The translations under genes and the position numbers were made by a program. DNA of 58,178 bases, filler included, from Jimgerdemannia flammicorona (Eukaryota): the NCBI GenBank assembly GCA_003990765.1. It is 3 parts of 3 records of this genome, joined end to end, with 100 filler letters (N's around TTAATTAATTAA, not from the genome) between each part and the next. Parts side by side here need not be neighbours in the genome. Positions count along the whole stretch, not along the records: positions 1 to 19,331 come from RBNJ01001966.1; 2 more parts are not named here. One strand, given 5' to 3'. This document shows positions 1 through 13,199 of this stretch, piece by piece (position 1 is the stretch's first letter; each line of letters starts with the position of its first letter). Under the pieces are notes generated by a model that saw only the letters and a list, made by a program, of their open reading frames with translations, was not told where the DNA came from and did no database searches.

Positions 1-147
1 AGTTCCGCCCCCTCTTCCACCACGGCCCCCCGCCAGCAAGCCCCTCATACTTCCCCCCAAGCCGGGGCCTCTCCCCACTTGTTGCCAATCAAACGCTCCA
101 GGGCCACCCTGCCCAGTACGCACCTCCGGATGCTCGTTGGTCGCCAT
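1..147 (-). CDS. 5' end of a Gly-rich ORF running off the window, possibly ORF1 of a LINE inserted into the neighbouring retroposon copy
   Basis: ATG at 147 opens MATNEHPEVRTGQGGPGAFDWQQVGRGPGLGGSMRGLLAGGRGGRGGGT with no stop to position 1. The segment is CpG-rich (young) and abuts the break point of the repeat at ~238. Confidence 0.3.
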   Translation of the reverse strand, partial: MATNEHPEVRTGQGGPGAFDWQQVGRGPGLGGSMRGLLAGGRGGRGGGT

Positions 148-237
148 GATACTAGTAGCTTTTCTCCAGAAACTGTGTCGAAAGTGTTGCCAAAGGGTTG
201 TGTAACCTGAATGTTACCGGAGAGAGATGATCAACCC

Positions 238-1250
238 ACACCTCATTCTATATACCATACTCTTCTTACCACTAGGGAGAACCTAGCTATATACTAATGA
301 CTGAAAGCATATACCCAAGACTCCAACATATATACAAGACCACATCTGAGCTAAATAGAATAGTCTCTGCTACCTCAAAGAGAATGACAGACAAAGAAAA
401 ACCCCTCATCAAAGTATAATACAGTGGGTAGGACCTAGTTCTCTCAGTTGAGATAAGTAAAGAACTTATACATGAGATAGGAGGAGACCCCCAATATCTC
501 ACTACTCAAGTCTATAGGCCTTGATCATATTGCTATATCAGCCCCTAGTTCTAGTTAAGTGCAGTTAAGATATCTGAAATAGGTAGCCTTGAGTCTCTCA
601 ACCCCTCCCAATGACCAGGGCCTAATCTACTGAATTGCTAAAAGAAGCCAAGAGTGATACCTACCATCTAACTATATCACACCAATCAAAAGACCCCACT
701 AAAGCAACATCTGCCTCAGCCCCAATGACCACTCCCAGTCTGGTACCCTACTGGTTCACCATTATTGCCCTTCTGTCTATCTGTGATAGCCATCTCTCTT
801 CTCATCTTGACAATACCCAAAAAGCAGTTACCTATACCAGAACCATGCTCACCAGAAAGCTCACTAAAGCCAGAGGGCCCTACCACAGATACTGAGAACC
901 TACAGATAACCTATACTGAGCACTTGATGCTCAAGATTGACTGACTTTCTATATAGTCTATGATATACCAAGATAGTATCTTATTGGTAATAGCAAAAAA
1001 AAAAAAGGTACTACATCAAAACAGATATACTCCAGATATAGCTGAAGATATCAAAAACTGTAAAAAAGTAAAAAAGACATTGATCTGACACCAATAAAGA
1101 GGCAACTCATTACCATTACCTCCCTCTTACTACTTTATAATAGATATAGCAAATCAACTCAAGGTAGAGGGGGTAATAATTATAGAAAGTAGACTTGGAA
1201 GGTTGTCTACCAAACTATTGTAACCAGTAAGATAGTGGAGAAAGAGATAC
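238..1250 (-). mobile_element. Non-autonomous polyA retroposon (family B) copy 3, 3' part missing
   Basis: Colinear with the reverse complement of 21649-22656 and with 20700-21648. It shares the same 5' end near 1248 and shows many C>T/G>A changes. Confidence 0.85.
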
Positions 1251-2400
1251 TTATATATACTTATTATTATACTTATTATAATATTTAAAACTCTTAACTT
1301 ATACTTATTATATTTATTATAATATTGGAAACTCTCAGCTTATACTTATTACTTATAAGCTTATAAGTTTATAAGTATAAGTACTTCAGATATAGTAATT
1401 AAGTATATATAATATATATTCTTAAGCTTTAAATATATTTGAAATTCAATATAATATATATATATATAGGTTTATATAAGCTTATATAATTGAGAGCTTA
1501 TTATAAGTTTATTATAAATAATACTTAGAATAAGTTGAATTAATTTAATTTAAAGTTTAATTTGAATCTAATTTTTCAAAATTCAATAATTTGACAAAAA
1601 TATATATATTCAAATTTAATAAATTTTAGCTTATTAGATATATCATATTATAATAAATCTAGCATAATAAATAATATTAAATTTGGATATATTTTTATTG
1701 AGTTATTATATTTTGAAGTTAGAATAAAATTTTAAATTAAATTGAACCTCAATTTAATTTAATTCAAATTGAATTGGATCTCAATTTAATTTGATTTGAT
1801 TGAGAGTACTAATTGTAAGTATATATATATTATTATATATTCTATTTATTAGACTTTTTGATAATATATATTACTATTATATATTACAAAATATATAGTA
1901 TTATTATTTATCTTTTTTAACTTTTATATAATAATAAACTAGTTTTTATTAATTTTAATTATTTATATTATAAGATAAAATTATTATTACTTTATTATAA
2001 ATATTAATAAAATTATTATATATAATAAAAAGGTTATATAAAAGTTAATATTTATATTTTTAATTTTAATATTTAGATCTTTTTAATTTATATATTATTA
2101 ACTATTTATTTATATAAAACTATAGTTACTTTGATAAAAATAATATTCAATATATTATTTAACTTCTTTTACTCTTAATAATCTCATTTTACATATCTGC
2201 TAGATATTAATATAATGATAAGTTTTATTATATATATTAATAAATATAGAATATAATTAGATAAAGTCTACAAAAAAGCAACTTTATAACTACTGAAAAT
2301 ATTTGATATAGTAGTTATTCTATAGTTCAACTTATATACAATGATCAGAAAAAATATAAAATAAAAATAAGATTGAATAGATGATATATATTGTGCAAGA
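1251..2400. other. Extremely AT-rich degenerate repeat relic
   Basis: Almost no CpG, dense TpA, no ORFs; a weak inverted similarity between ~1530-1600 and ~1690-1770. Confidence 0.55.
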
Positions 2401-3215
2401 TATTGATATGGAGCCACAGGTGCTTTCTTGATTAGTTGCTCAGTAAGGTGAAATATATCTGAGACTTACACATCAAAGACTTGCAGTATATGTAGGTGGG
2501 TCAACCATGGCCTGGGTCATCGAAAGGGTTTCCGATATATACTAGAATTGGAAATGGATAGTAGATAGGAATGTAAACGGTGCCCAAGGGATTTTTCTGA
2601 GGGGACTTCTGTTCCTCAAAGGGAGGTATCAAGGCTTTGCTGGATTGGGCGATTTTCATGTACCTTACTATTGTTGACTAGTTATGGCCAGTGATGTTCG
2701 CTTAGACCAATCCGTATATCAGTTTTGCGTTTTAATATATAACAAACTTAGGTATTGCACTCATGCATAGTACACAACCCAAACCCCTGCAAAAAAGTCA
2801 TAACACATGCCAAAACATGCAAAAAGTTCCATGAAATGCTAGCTATGCTTAATTTTGGGGGGGGTTTTTTTTTGTGCCAGTTGCGATTAATGTGCAATGA
2901 GCTATGTTACATCCGCAAAGGTTAAAAGAAGAGCATGGAAAAAGGATCCTATTTGAAGAATTATTGTACAAAAAATAATGCTGTAAAAGAGAGGATCACC
3001 AGAAGCTAATGAGAAAGATTGGCAGCAAAAATGTGGTCTATAGCAAAAAAGACTGAGTGAATGCCTGCAAGAGCAATGATATGGAAACCGCACCCCACAA
3101 TCCCTCCGGCCCCACGCCAACTCATGTATATACATTTCATCCACCCAGCAAAATGCAAATCCCACCCCTACGAACAACCACACCATCACGATCCTTCATA
3201 CGCCGCAACTGCCGC

Positions 3216-3485
3216 CTACGTCTGCCCGCTCGCACTACCGATGCTCAATGACCTCTGGCGCAAGTTCTGAACGTTCTCAGCCTCGGCGATCTCGGCCTCA
3301 ATCCTGCGCACAGTCTCCTCCTGCTCCGCCAACATCCCCATGGCCGCCGCCCTGACCACCCCGGCGTCATCCGCGTAGCGGTTGCCGACGCCGTTGTACT
3401 TCACCGCGTTCGCCTCGATGAGTTGGATGTCGGCCATAAATTGGGCCGTCGAGTGGTAATGGAAGTTACGGTTTTGCTGGTGAGA

Positions 3486-3518
<33 letters not shown>

Positions 3519-6500
3519 GGGGGGGGAAGGACATTAGTAGATGATGGTGAGGGGAACAGGAATTGGCAGACACAGGAGCGAAACATGCACTGCCATATAT
3601 ATATATCCGATGCTCACCTCCCGCATGTTGGTCAAATCCCGTGGCTCTTTTATGATGGTGTGGTAATCCGGCGCGGCCTTTGCGCTGACGGCGGTAACGA
3701 AGGGTACAGCCTGCAGGTCACCGACATAACAATTCAGAATTAGAAAGAGTCAGGGCGACACGTCCAACGCCGACAACCATGCCCGTCTCCTAAACGCAAG
3801 ATATAGTGACAGCCAACCTCAGGCATTTTCGTCAGCTTAAGAATGATGCTGTCGATCAAGTCAGCGAGCTCGACCTCAGGCCGTTTGCGACGCCCACCAG
3901 AGCTCTTGTATTGGCCGTGGACGTAATCACTGAAATGGTCAGCGTCCGTCGAGCTGCGTTTTCGCTTACTAGCGGGAGGCGGAGGAGGTGGGATGTCTAC
4001 GAGATTTTCAAACGGCACAAAGAACATAAATCATGTTAGCGACAATATTAAACACTCACTCATTACTATACATATATATCGTTGGTGACACGTACTGAAC
4101 GCTGAAGTCGGCAGCTTGACCGTTATGGGAGTCCTCGGTTCATCTGGGTCGATCGGAAGAGGGGTGCGAAATCTATCCAAAGAGCATTGGAGCTATGAAT
4201 GAGTACACCATATTACATTTACAGGTCGCGCATCCTCCCAGAGACAGGTCATGCTCACACATACGCAAACTTCAAGCATACCCTTCCGCCGGAGGCTTGA
4301 TGATGAGCTTGGTCCCTTCCACCTTTACCGGCGGGTCCACGACGGGCGGCTCTTCGGCGATAGGCGTCTGAGGAGCCGGGGTGGGCGGGCCGGCACGGGC
4401 CGGAGTCGGCGGATTCTCGGCATCCGCGGCCGAAGCATTGAACTTGGGGCAATTCTTGTTCGTCTTCATGTGACCGAGCTGGCCGCAGTTGCCGCATTTA
4501 CGCTGGTTGATAAAAGGGGATTGGGGACAGCGGGTTTAGCACCACAGTGAATGTTTTTGAGCAATCTGCAACCAAAGCAAACAGCGATTCGCTTACCACC
4601 AGCCCCTCCTTCTTGCCCTTCATTAGTCCGAGCACGGGGTTCTCCGCCAACGCAGCTTGCTTGGCCAACGCCCTCTGCTTCCTTCGTTCTGCATTCCGTT
4701 TCAGTTTCCCGAGCTGATCTTGGATCCTTTTCTTCATCCGCTCGTTCTTCTCCGCATCATCCGTCGGTTCCAAGGATTCAGGGCTATGTGTTACGAGGTA
4801 AATGAATGTGAGGTGTTTCTTCCTTCGACCATAATCAGGATGACGTGAGACAGCCATACTTACTCGATTGATGTTTCCTCGATGACTTGGCGTTGGCGGA
4901 GGTAAGCATTGATGACGGCGGGATCTCGTACCGTTTCGGTCTGAATGATATTTTCGCCGTTCTTTCGAACCTTCAGCGGCGACGAACCACCATGACATGA
5001 CACTGTCAGTATTTCGACATTACAATTCACCGTCGACTTACATTGTGTAATTACTATGACTGTGAGACAACCCGCTTACCGTGCGCCTGATTATTAAAGA
5101 CTTATTGTGATTTTGAATGTTGAAGCTAGTCCGCGACCCGAGCGACATCTCGTCGTCGTCAACGGCTTCGGACCCCGCGCGCTCGCTCCGCCTCAGCGAT
5201 GCCAGGGATGGCGCTGCCGGTTTGGCGTCATAGGACGAAGGCTCGCGCTTGACGTGGACGACGGTATCGTCGGTGTCCATCTAAAAAGGCCGATGGAAAA
5301 CAAACGAGTGAGACACTTGATGCACGCAACATCTACATCCTCTCGATAAACAATGTGATGGTGTTATTTGCTTACATTGCGCGGGCTGTCCATCTCTATG
5401 TCTCGCGTAAGATCATCGTATTCGCTCGCATTGTCATCAAGCATATCTTCATCGTCGAGCATTGGTTCCACAGGGTTCATCAGAGAGTCGTATTGGGTCT
5501 TCCATATCCGCGCAATCTATGCAAAATAATACGTGGGTTAGATCGTAATTCAAATTTGAATGGCAGATAAACATAGTATTGGATTTTACCTCCTCCCTGT
5601 AAATTTGCTGTTGCTCGGCCACGTTGTACCTGTGGGCACTCTTGGGCCTGGCCTCGATTTGCGCTGCAAATTTACACATTGTGGCGTCGGAAATAACGAA
5701 AGGTTTTCATTTCGGGCCGTTGCACGTAATCGAGGGCGTGATTTCTTAAATGGAATCTTACCTAGCTTCTCCTCCGCCGACTCGCCTTGCCTCAAGAAAA
5801 TATCTTTCATCGACACACGAATGAAGCTAAAGCCTTCCCCTCTACCCGTTGGATCGCCCGCGCCGTACAGCTTGAGCATAGCCTTGCCCTGTGTGGCGTT
5901 GATGAAATTTCGTGTGGCAAACCAGGGGGCCAGCTGCTGCTCGACCTCGAGCGTCATATCGTTTTCCTCCTCCTCGTTTCCGATGGTGCCGTATCCAAAG
6001 TCCTGCAGGTGGCGCTCACCGACGAGCATGCTCTCATACAGGCACACCATCTCGGGTGTGACCATCTTTCGCAGTTCCTCTTCGGTGGGCAGGGGGATGT
6101 TCGGCTTGAGCTTCCAGAAGCCGCCGGCGTTCAACTTGCCCTTGCCACGATGGAACTCGGCGAACTCCTTGAGCCGCTGCCGTAGTTGGTTGTCCACGTA
6201 TTCAGGGAATTGCTTCAGCAGCTTGGGGGCCTTGAGTTGGTGCTGCGGATGCTTACGGATGATGCGGTAAGCCGCTACCTGCAGACGGTTCTTGACCGTA
6301 GTTGTGATCTTGCGCGCGTGCGGGCCGGGCACCTCTTGTACAGGGTAAGTTTGCCCGATCGTGAAGAGGATCGGGATCTCTCGCAGGTAATACTTGATCT
6401 GCCCCTTGTATGTGTTTCTGATGACAAGGAAATCCGTGCTCTTGACTTCGTGCCTGAAGAGCGGTGCTCGGACCAGGTTGTTGTACAGCACGGGAATCGT

Positions 6501-9410
6501 TTGTCCCGGTTCCACGTTGCCAAAGTTCATAAAGGGCGACGTGTCACCAATGTCTAAAACAAACGACTGCCCAACTTCAGACTGTTACCGAACAAAGTGA
6601 TGTAAGGAGTCGTCAGATTGTAGAATGGCACCCTTCCAAATTTAAGAGAATCAAGCCAACAATGCAACTCACCTGCGGCACATAAGTATCCTCGATATTC
6701 GTTTTTCGATAGTAGTTGATTAGCAAGCTTCCCATGCCAATATTTGAGATGATCGGAGGATACTCCTCCTATATTTCCGAAGGCAGTCAAAACTTAATCA
6801 ATGTCAACCAAATCATGTAAAGACACAGTATTGTTCGAATCCCAGTCTTACCGAATATTCGAGCAACACAAAGTAGCTGTTGTCCTTCAGCGTTAGATCT
6901 TTTGAGCTGCGCATGATCTCCGAGGGGTCCTTTTTCTTGTCTTTTTTCTTCTTCTTCCCTGCTTTGACCCTCGAAAAGTGCAGCTCGATGTTGGGCGGGA
7001 AGGACAACTGGGGACGATGGAACGATCGCAGCTCCTGCTTGGACAGCCTTGTTTTGAACTGTGTCGGACAGGAGAGAGGATGCAGCACGCGTTAATAAAA
7101 GGGCGCATAGCCAAAACGTTCAAATAAATCGTGATTTTATTTGATGTGGAGAATATAAACCCCTCTATCGCGCGGAGCTTGCTTCGGAGACGGGGAGACG
7201 AGCGTGGGGATGCTCTTGCGATGACAACTTACGAATGGAGTCTGCAACTTGAGGGCAGGTAACGCGTGCTGAACGATGAGCTGGCCGAAAGTCTGGCGCA
7301 CGCGATGCATTTTTGCACCGGCGTGCGCTTCGTAGTGCCTATCGTTGGATATGTTGAACCTGTCGAGACCCAAGCGCATGTTGATCTCAATTTCCGACGG
7401 TTGCACGGCGTTCTGAATCAGGAGAAGTACCAAGAGAATGGACAAATTGTTCAAACCCAATCCAAACAATCAACCACCCTCTCTCGATCATCCACCATGT
7501 ACCGAATTGAAAAAATTCAGTCCTAATTACCTTTGGATTGGCCTTCACGATCGGGATAGCCGCCTTCCTGCCTTTCCGATTGTTCCTTTGCTCCTGAGCA
7601 CTGGGCTTCGTGGCCTCCAGCGACGCGACGTCGAACAACATGTTGGTGTCGTTCAGGTTCAAAGTCAGCTTGGCGAACGGCATGTGGGGCTTGCGATCAT
7701 CCCATATGATCGAGTGGACCCAGTCGCCGTTCTCAAGATCGTAATTCCGGTGTGGAGGTAGTATGGAATTCTTGCTCTGCGTAGTATCAAAACCGTGCCT
7801 CGATTCAGAACATAGAATGGTGATAGAATGAATGCATGAAAAGGTTGAACTTGAATATATATAAAGGAACCTACAGAGGTGATTTCTTCATTTTTTCTGT
7901 GAAAGAAGAGAAGGAGTATTGACGTTAAGTACCTATATTCGTATTTATAATTTATGTGTCTCAAACACAATGTTCCAATCTACGATTATCTTACTTTGGC
8001 GGAGCTTCATCATCCCACATAATGTCATCTTCCCAAGCGTCCAGCACAATCGAGTAGAACTCCTCTGCAGCCGTCGGGATCCGCATCGCATCCCCGAGCA
8101 ATGGGATTTCCTGGAATTGGCACAAAGGAAACAGCAATATGTTTTGCCGCGGTATCAGATTCAGCTCTGACCGCCGCCCGCTATCACGAACCAACACATG
8201 GCCGACGATCGCGAGCTCACCTTTGTCACCTCCTCCTCGTCATCGCTTGTGTTCTCTGCCTCGCCGACGTTGTCGCGGGCCACCTCGAAACCGTACGCCA
8301 GTAACCGCCGTTTCGGGCTGTCCTCCCAGTGCTCGAACTTCAGAGGGCGCCCGAATTGCCGCTTGTCATCGGATTCGACCTCAAACTCGAATCCGTCGGG
8401 GAAAGTCACTGTAGAATAATCGCGTCCATGGGAAGGACCCGTTGAACGGTGTGTTAGACTCAGAAGACACAGTCCACCATAACCCGTGTCCAGTGGCGCA
8501 GTAACGCCACTCCGAAACACGAGAACCCGGACATAAAAACAACCACACAATCAACGAACCTCGTTTGCCCTTTGCATGCAGAGCCGGCGGTCTCCGCAGT
8601 TTCTTCGAGAACAGTTCCGAAAACTTGAGGATCTTGTCCTTCTCAAACGCCGGGTACAGTTCCTTGACGTCCAGCGGCTGCGGAGGCTGTGGTTCCGGGG
8701 TTATCACGGTGAGCGCGGGCTCCGTGAAGGGGAGAGTCGCGCCGGCGGCAATCCTCTCCAGGAGTATAGGGCGCGCGGGTTCGCGGAACATCGCGTCGCC
8801 CACGTGTTGGGAAGCCATGAGGCCGGTGTCGATGGTTTTCTTGGGCATGCCGAACTCCTGCTTGACCTTGCCCTCCTCGTCGTAATCGTCCTCGTCATCG
8901 TAGTTGTCGTCTGTCGGCTTTTTCCTCCCTCCCCCCGCCACCAGCGACTGGAGCTGCTTTACGGCGCCGAGGCCCCGTCGGTAGTAGTGGTCCGAGATCT
9001 GACTATCGTTCGCAATGTCCGGGACGACCTCGTTGAAGTCGGAGTAGTCAACCGCATCCGCTGCGTGCGGTATGAACGAAGGCGCCTCGTTGCGGGGAGT
9101 GTCGACTGCGTCGTCGTCATCGTCATACTCTGCTGCATCGTCCTTGGAGAAGCCAAGGGACTCGGTTGAGTTGATAAAATGAGCGATTACACGCTGGGTA
9201 TCGGCCTGCTGTAGCGTCTCGCGCAGCTCCTATAAAGGTTTGCAAGGGCCGATCACGGTTAGACTAACCCCAAGTTTCTTTTATTTTAATATTAAACTTG
9301 CCAACGTCGTAAAAAAAACTTTTGCCACAACCCCTACGAACCGGGTCGAAGGCCGAGTTTTCCAGGTGGCCATGCTCATCGACATTTCCCCACAGATACG
9401 TCAACGACAT
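3216..9410 (-). CDS. TAF1: TFIID subunit 1 (multi-exon): TAND-like N-terminus, DUF3591 core, zinc knuckle, single C-terminal bromodomain
   Basis: Start MSLTYLWGNVDEHGHLENSAFDP. Core motifs LRSFHRP, QEVPGPHARK, RQRLKEFAEF, LAPWFATRNFINATQGKAMLKLYGAGDPTGRGEGFSFIRVSMK, HRYNVAEQQ. Knuckle CGNCGQLGHMKTNKNCP. Bromodomain PFVTAVSAKAAPDYHTIIKEPRDL...FMADIQLIEANAVKYNG. The introns I traced are GT-AG. Confidence 0.95.
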
Positions 9411-9583
9411 TATGTTGTGCTACTCTCAAGTTGTATTCTATTCTAAAAATGTGCAATCCAAGGTAGTCGTAGGTATAATGGTGTCTGTGGGGTGAAGAGG
9501 GAAGTTTATATTTATAGGGAAGAGGGATTCGTTGTGAAGGGGCGTCTTGTTTACTCCAACCCTCACGGGGTTTTGTTTGATGA

Positions 9584-9591
9584 TGACGTCA
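9584..9591. promoter_or_regulatory. CRE-type palindrome TGACGTCA upstream of TAF1
   Basis: Perfect TGACGTCA ~175 bp upstream of the TAF1 ATG. The same 8-mer occurs at 11766, 12708 and 50302. Confidence 0.35.
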
Positions 9592-10352
9592 CCTCTCGCC
9601 GCCCAGTCACAACGTCGCTTATACTACTACGTATTTCGGTTCATTATATACCCCATCCCAGTTGTATACAGTGACTATTAACAACCAAGCTGGCTCAGCA
9701 TTGCAGAGAAAAACACTTTCAATTTTACTATTCGAGCTGATAATTCTGTTCGTGAATACACAATTAATTGTGTTGCTGGACAAATAATCCAGCTGAAGCT
9801 GTCTCCAACACCCAATAACTCATACAATCTTTGCGTGCTATAGTTATTATTACAACTATCATACTTGAAGTTGGTTGTAAGAGCCCAGCATATGTGCAAA
9901 AGAATTCTCCTCTTCCTCCCTCACTCTCCCCCCCCTTCCAAAAAAAAAAAAAAAAAAAAAAAAAAATTATTATTATTTATACTTCGAAGTCTGCATATAG
10001 CCACCAAAGTCACTAAATTCAGATAATCCTTATGGGAAATTAGCTTTATATTCGTGGTTATTTATCATAAACACTTGGTTAGAAATTATGAATGTTATCT
10101 AGCAATTAGGTAGACACTAAAGAACATTTCCAGATTCCTATTAACTCGTTAGCTTCCGTAATGACAACCGTACGTTATACAATCCGTTGAAAAATAAGCT
10201 CAGGACATTACACAGAAAAAAATACTTCAATTTTTATTCGCAATATTTCATATTCTTGATGTGTGTACATTTTATGTCGCTAAATGCTCCAGAACGATGA
10301 CCCCATCCAATTTCTTTTCTTTTTATGACCAGTATCAGTTACGAAAGCTAGC

Positions 10353-11530
10353 TCAGCCGTGGATCCCCGTATTGCCAATCGACACACCCCAGCCCCTCGA
10401 AGGATTAAAGTTGGCTGGAGAGTATGCACGTCGCAGTTGAAATGATGAGTAAGGATCGAGGGAAAATCAATCTACGAACAGCAGCAATACAAAACGATCG
10501 ACAAATAAATAAACGTGCGAATACTCTACCGCTTCTGTCCTTGACCTCACCATGTGTGTAGCCCAACCCAGAAGCCTGAACATGCCCGTGCTCCAGGATG
10601 GTGAGGATAATGTCGTCGATATTGCTGGTTCCAAAATCTTCCCTGATATGCGCAAGAGAAAATGAAGTGGAAACTCGATATGGAGATCCAAAAAATAGAA
10701 TTAAGGAAACAGAAATTCAATGGCCTCACTTGAGTTGTTCCGTAGGCGGACGCACGTATTGTCCCTCGCTTCCGCAGTTCAAGGTGTCGAAGACGTCGTA
10801 CGCTAATATAATGAAAGTTAACGGCGGTTCGATTGTCAGGCTGTAATGTGATTTCTAACACACCAGACAAGGCCAAAAAAAAAAAAAAAAAAAAGAAGAG
10901 GAATATGCCAATGCTTACACTGAACGACATCAGTGATGGGAATGGTTCTGAAAAGGAAATATTGAATATTGCACAGCTGTTAATCTCAAAATCTCCATTA
11001 ATTTAGCGGATTTGGTTTTCTGTCCAAGTTGCCGAGCCAGAAATAAGCACTTACTTGTCTTTGTGGCAATTTCCCAATTTTTGCGTAAGTTTGTAGAAAA
11101 ATTGTAGTGGTGACACGCAATAAGCATACATTCTCAACTCAAAAATAACTTTACGAAAGAAATAATTAAGGGTGCAAAAAACTCAACGCGCGACAGACTC
11201 CAGTGCGACCGCCCCCACAAATTTCTTGACTCAACACAAACCTTTGTGCCATTTTTCAACCTGAATCCCGAGTCAACCGTGCAACCGAAAAAAAAAAAAG
11301 TGTGCACAGGATATTCCGTCAGCATTGCGATTAGGTATACTCATACATCAACTTGTCACCCACACGTTGCGTGCCCCCTTGTGTACCCTCCACACCAAAA
11401 TTTATTGACGGGAAGGTTCAAACCCCCACCCACACACCATGCCGGGCTCGATGAAGACGATGTAGGCCTTCCCGGACGTTGGGGATTTGTACACGGCTTT
11501 TTCTGCGCCGGTAAGTTGGTGCTTCGACAT
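10353..11530 (-). CDS. RTC3: RTC3-like small protein (SBDS N-terminal/FYSH fold, DUF1960-type), 7 exons
   Basis: Exons 11530-11438, 11260-11242, 11058-11055 (4 nt), 10947-10919, 10802-10730, 10642-10551 and 10414-10353, all GT-AG. They join in frame to MSKHQLTGAEKAVYKSPTSGKAYIVFIEPGMVEKWHKDKTIPITDVVQSYDVFDTLNCGSEGQYVRPPTEQLKEDFGTSNIDDIILTILEHGHVQ..., matching the Rtc3 pattern (YK..IVF, VV..F.VF, G.EG, EFG...DEVI..IL..G). The last exon is less certain. Confidence 0.8.
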
Positions 11531-11765
11531 CGACAGACCAGGTGGTACGATTCGGGGGTTTTGCTTTTTGAGTTTTGACAAGACAAGTCAGAAGGTCGTT
11601 TCCGTTTGCGGACGGGGCGGTAAGATTTCCGAAAGGAGAGGGTTGTGTTGGACGAACGGACGAGAGAGGGTGGGGGTAGGGGAGATATATGATACAAATG
11701 TTTGCGCCGCGGTCGGAAATGCTGAAACGTAAAAATCAGCATGGTTCGCCATTTCACATGTAGGT

Positions 11766-11773
11766 TGACGTCA
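11766..11773. promoter_or_regulatory. CRE-type palindrome upstream of the RTC3-like gene
   Basis: TTGACGTCAA ~240 bp upstream of the ATG at 11530. Confidence 0.35.
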
Positions 11774-13199
11774 AATCGTGATTCGGATCAATTTCTGGCG
11801 CCAACGCGTGGCGCAAGGGCGTATTTTGGCGAAAAGTAAAAATCGCCTGGTGGAGTCTGTAGGGAGTTCTAACAGATCACTCATGTGCACACCGTTATGG
11901 CAAAAAGCTCGGCTAGTCCGTAAGCCGATGCGATCACACATTCAAACCCCATCTCCGCCCAGCACCGATAGAAAATTACTACCCCCTCCGTATGCGAGGA
12001 ATTTATTGATTGGCCTAGGGGCCCTTTACATCGCACGCTACCCGCACCACGGATAGCCGCGTGGATGCCACAGTGGGTCGCTAGATCGTCATTCCAACGG
12101 TTGTACTTGCACGACAGCGTCCATTATCTTATTCCACGCATCATATAAAATAAGTAGTATGTATAGTATGTATGTATGTACATGCATGCACCTGTAAAAC
12201 GGGCAAGTCGTATCACAACCAATATCCGACAGCACCAAGTCCTCGGTCCGTATCGACACCCGCGGGCCGTGCAGGGTTCGCCGGATACATCTTTGCCCTC
12301 CTCCCTCTCCCTTCCTTGTTTCCACGTGGGGGCATCCCATCAAGCGTCAAAACAATCCCAAATCCACTCTTCTCATGACCGAACGATTTGGCAACATATC
12401 AATTCCCTCCCGCATAGCCTGCTACCGTCGTGCCGGACAGATCGTACCACCAAACTTGAAGGCCACCATGATGGAAACGGGGGAGGTACAACGAAACACA
12501 CGAACACCTTGGGCGTCTCGAAAAATCCCAGATCATCATATTCCGTGTCGGAACCTCGTTTTTTTGCGTACAAGCGGCCCCGCCTGTTGGATTTGGGCAC
12601 CCTAAAGTGCCAAAATGGCGCGATGGTTCAGATAAAAAAACCGGTTTGAAGCTCGCATGTGATCCGTACTCCAACCGGGAAATTTCATTTCTGCATCATG
12701 CGGTCCGTGACGTCACCTTCCGGCCTCGATAGACAGGACACGGGGCTGAGTAAGATTGAAAAGCAGGGGTAGCCAGAATGGTTACCACAACTACCATAAC
12801 TACCAGTCGATCTCCTGGATCTCTACGCTTGAGAATGGTTGGTCCGTCGGCGTAATTTCGAGAACTTTGTCACAGAAATTCGCCGATATGAGGCGTAGAG
12901 CGATATTTAACAGATCGTCTACATTACATGACTCAAAAGTAAAATAAAAATCGTTCTACAATGCTAATTGCACTTGGTGACACTAAAAGCGGTTTCAATG
13001 ATCAGTTAGCATCTAGATCAAAAGCCTAGATTTGTCTATATATGCGATAGTCTACATCGGAAATTGTCAAATCCGAATAAATGACTATTGCTAAAATGCA
13101 CGCGGCAGGACAAAAAAGATAATTGAAAGAAAGGGGTGAGGTAGGAGACAGAAGATCATGTCTCAGACCTTAACATCGGCGACTAAGCCTTCGTTTTCT

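Noticed and set aside
635..895. Similar small ORFs at 635-895 and 22002-22223 as a gene family
   Set aside because: The similarity comes from the retroposon copies; the frames are antisense to the polyA strand and broken in the third copy.
3487..3527. Long T/A/G homopolymers here and in many introns
   Set aside because: No TSDs; common slippage tracts throughout the window.
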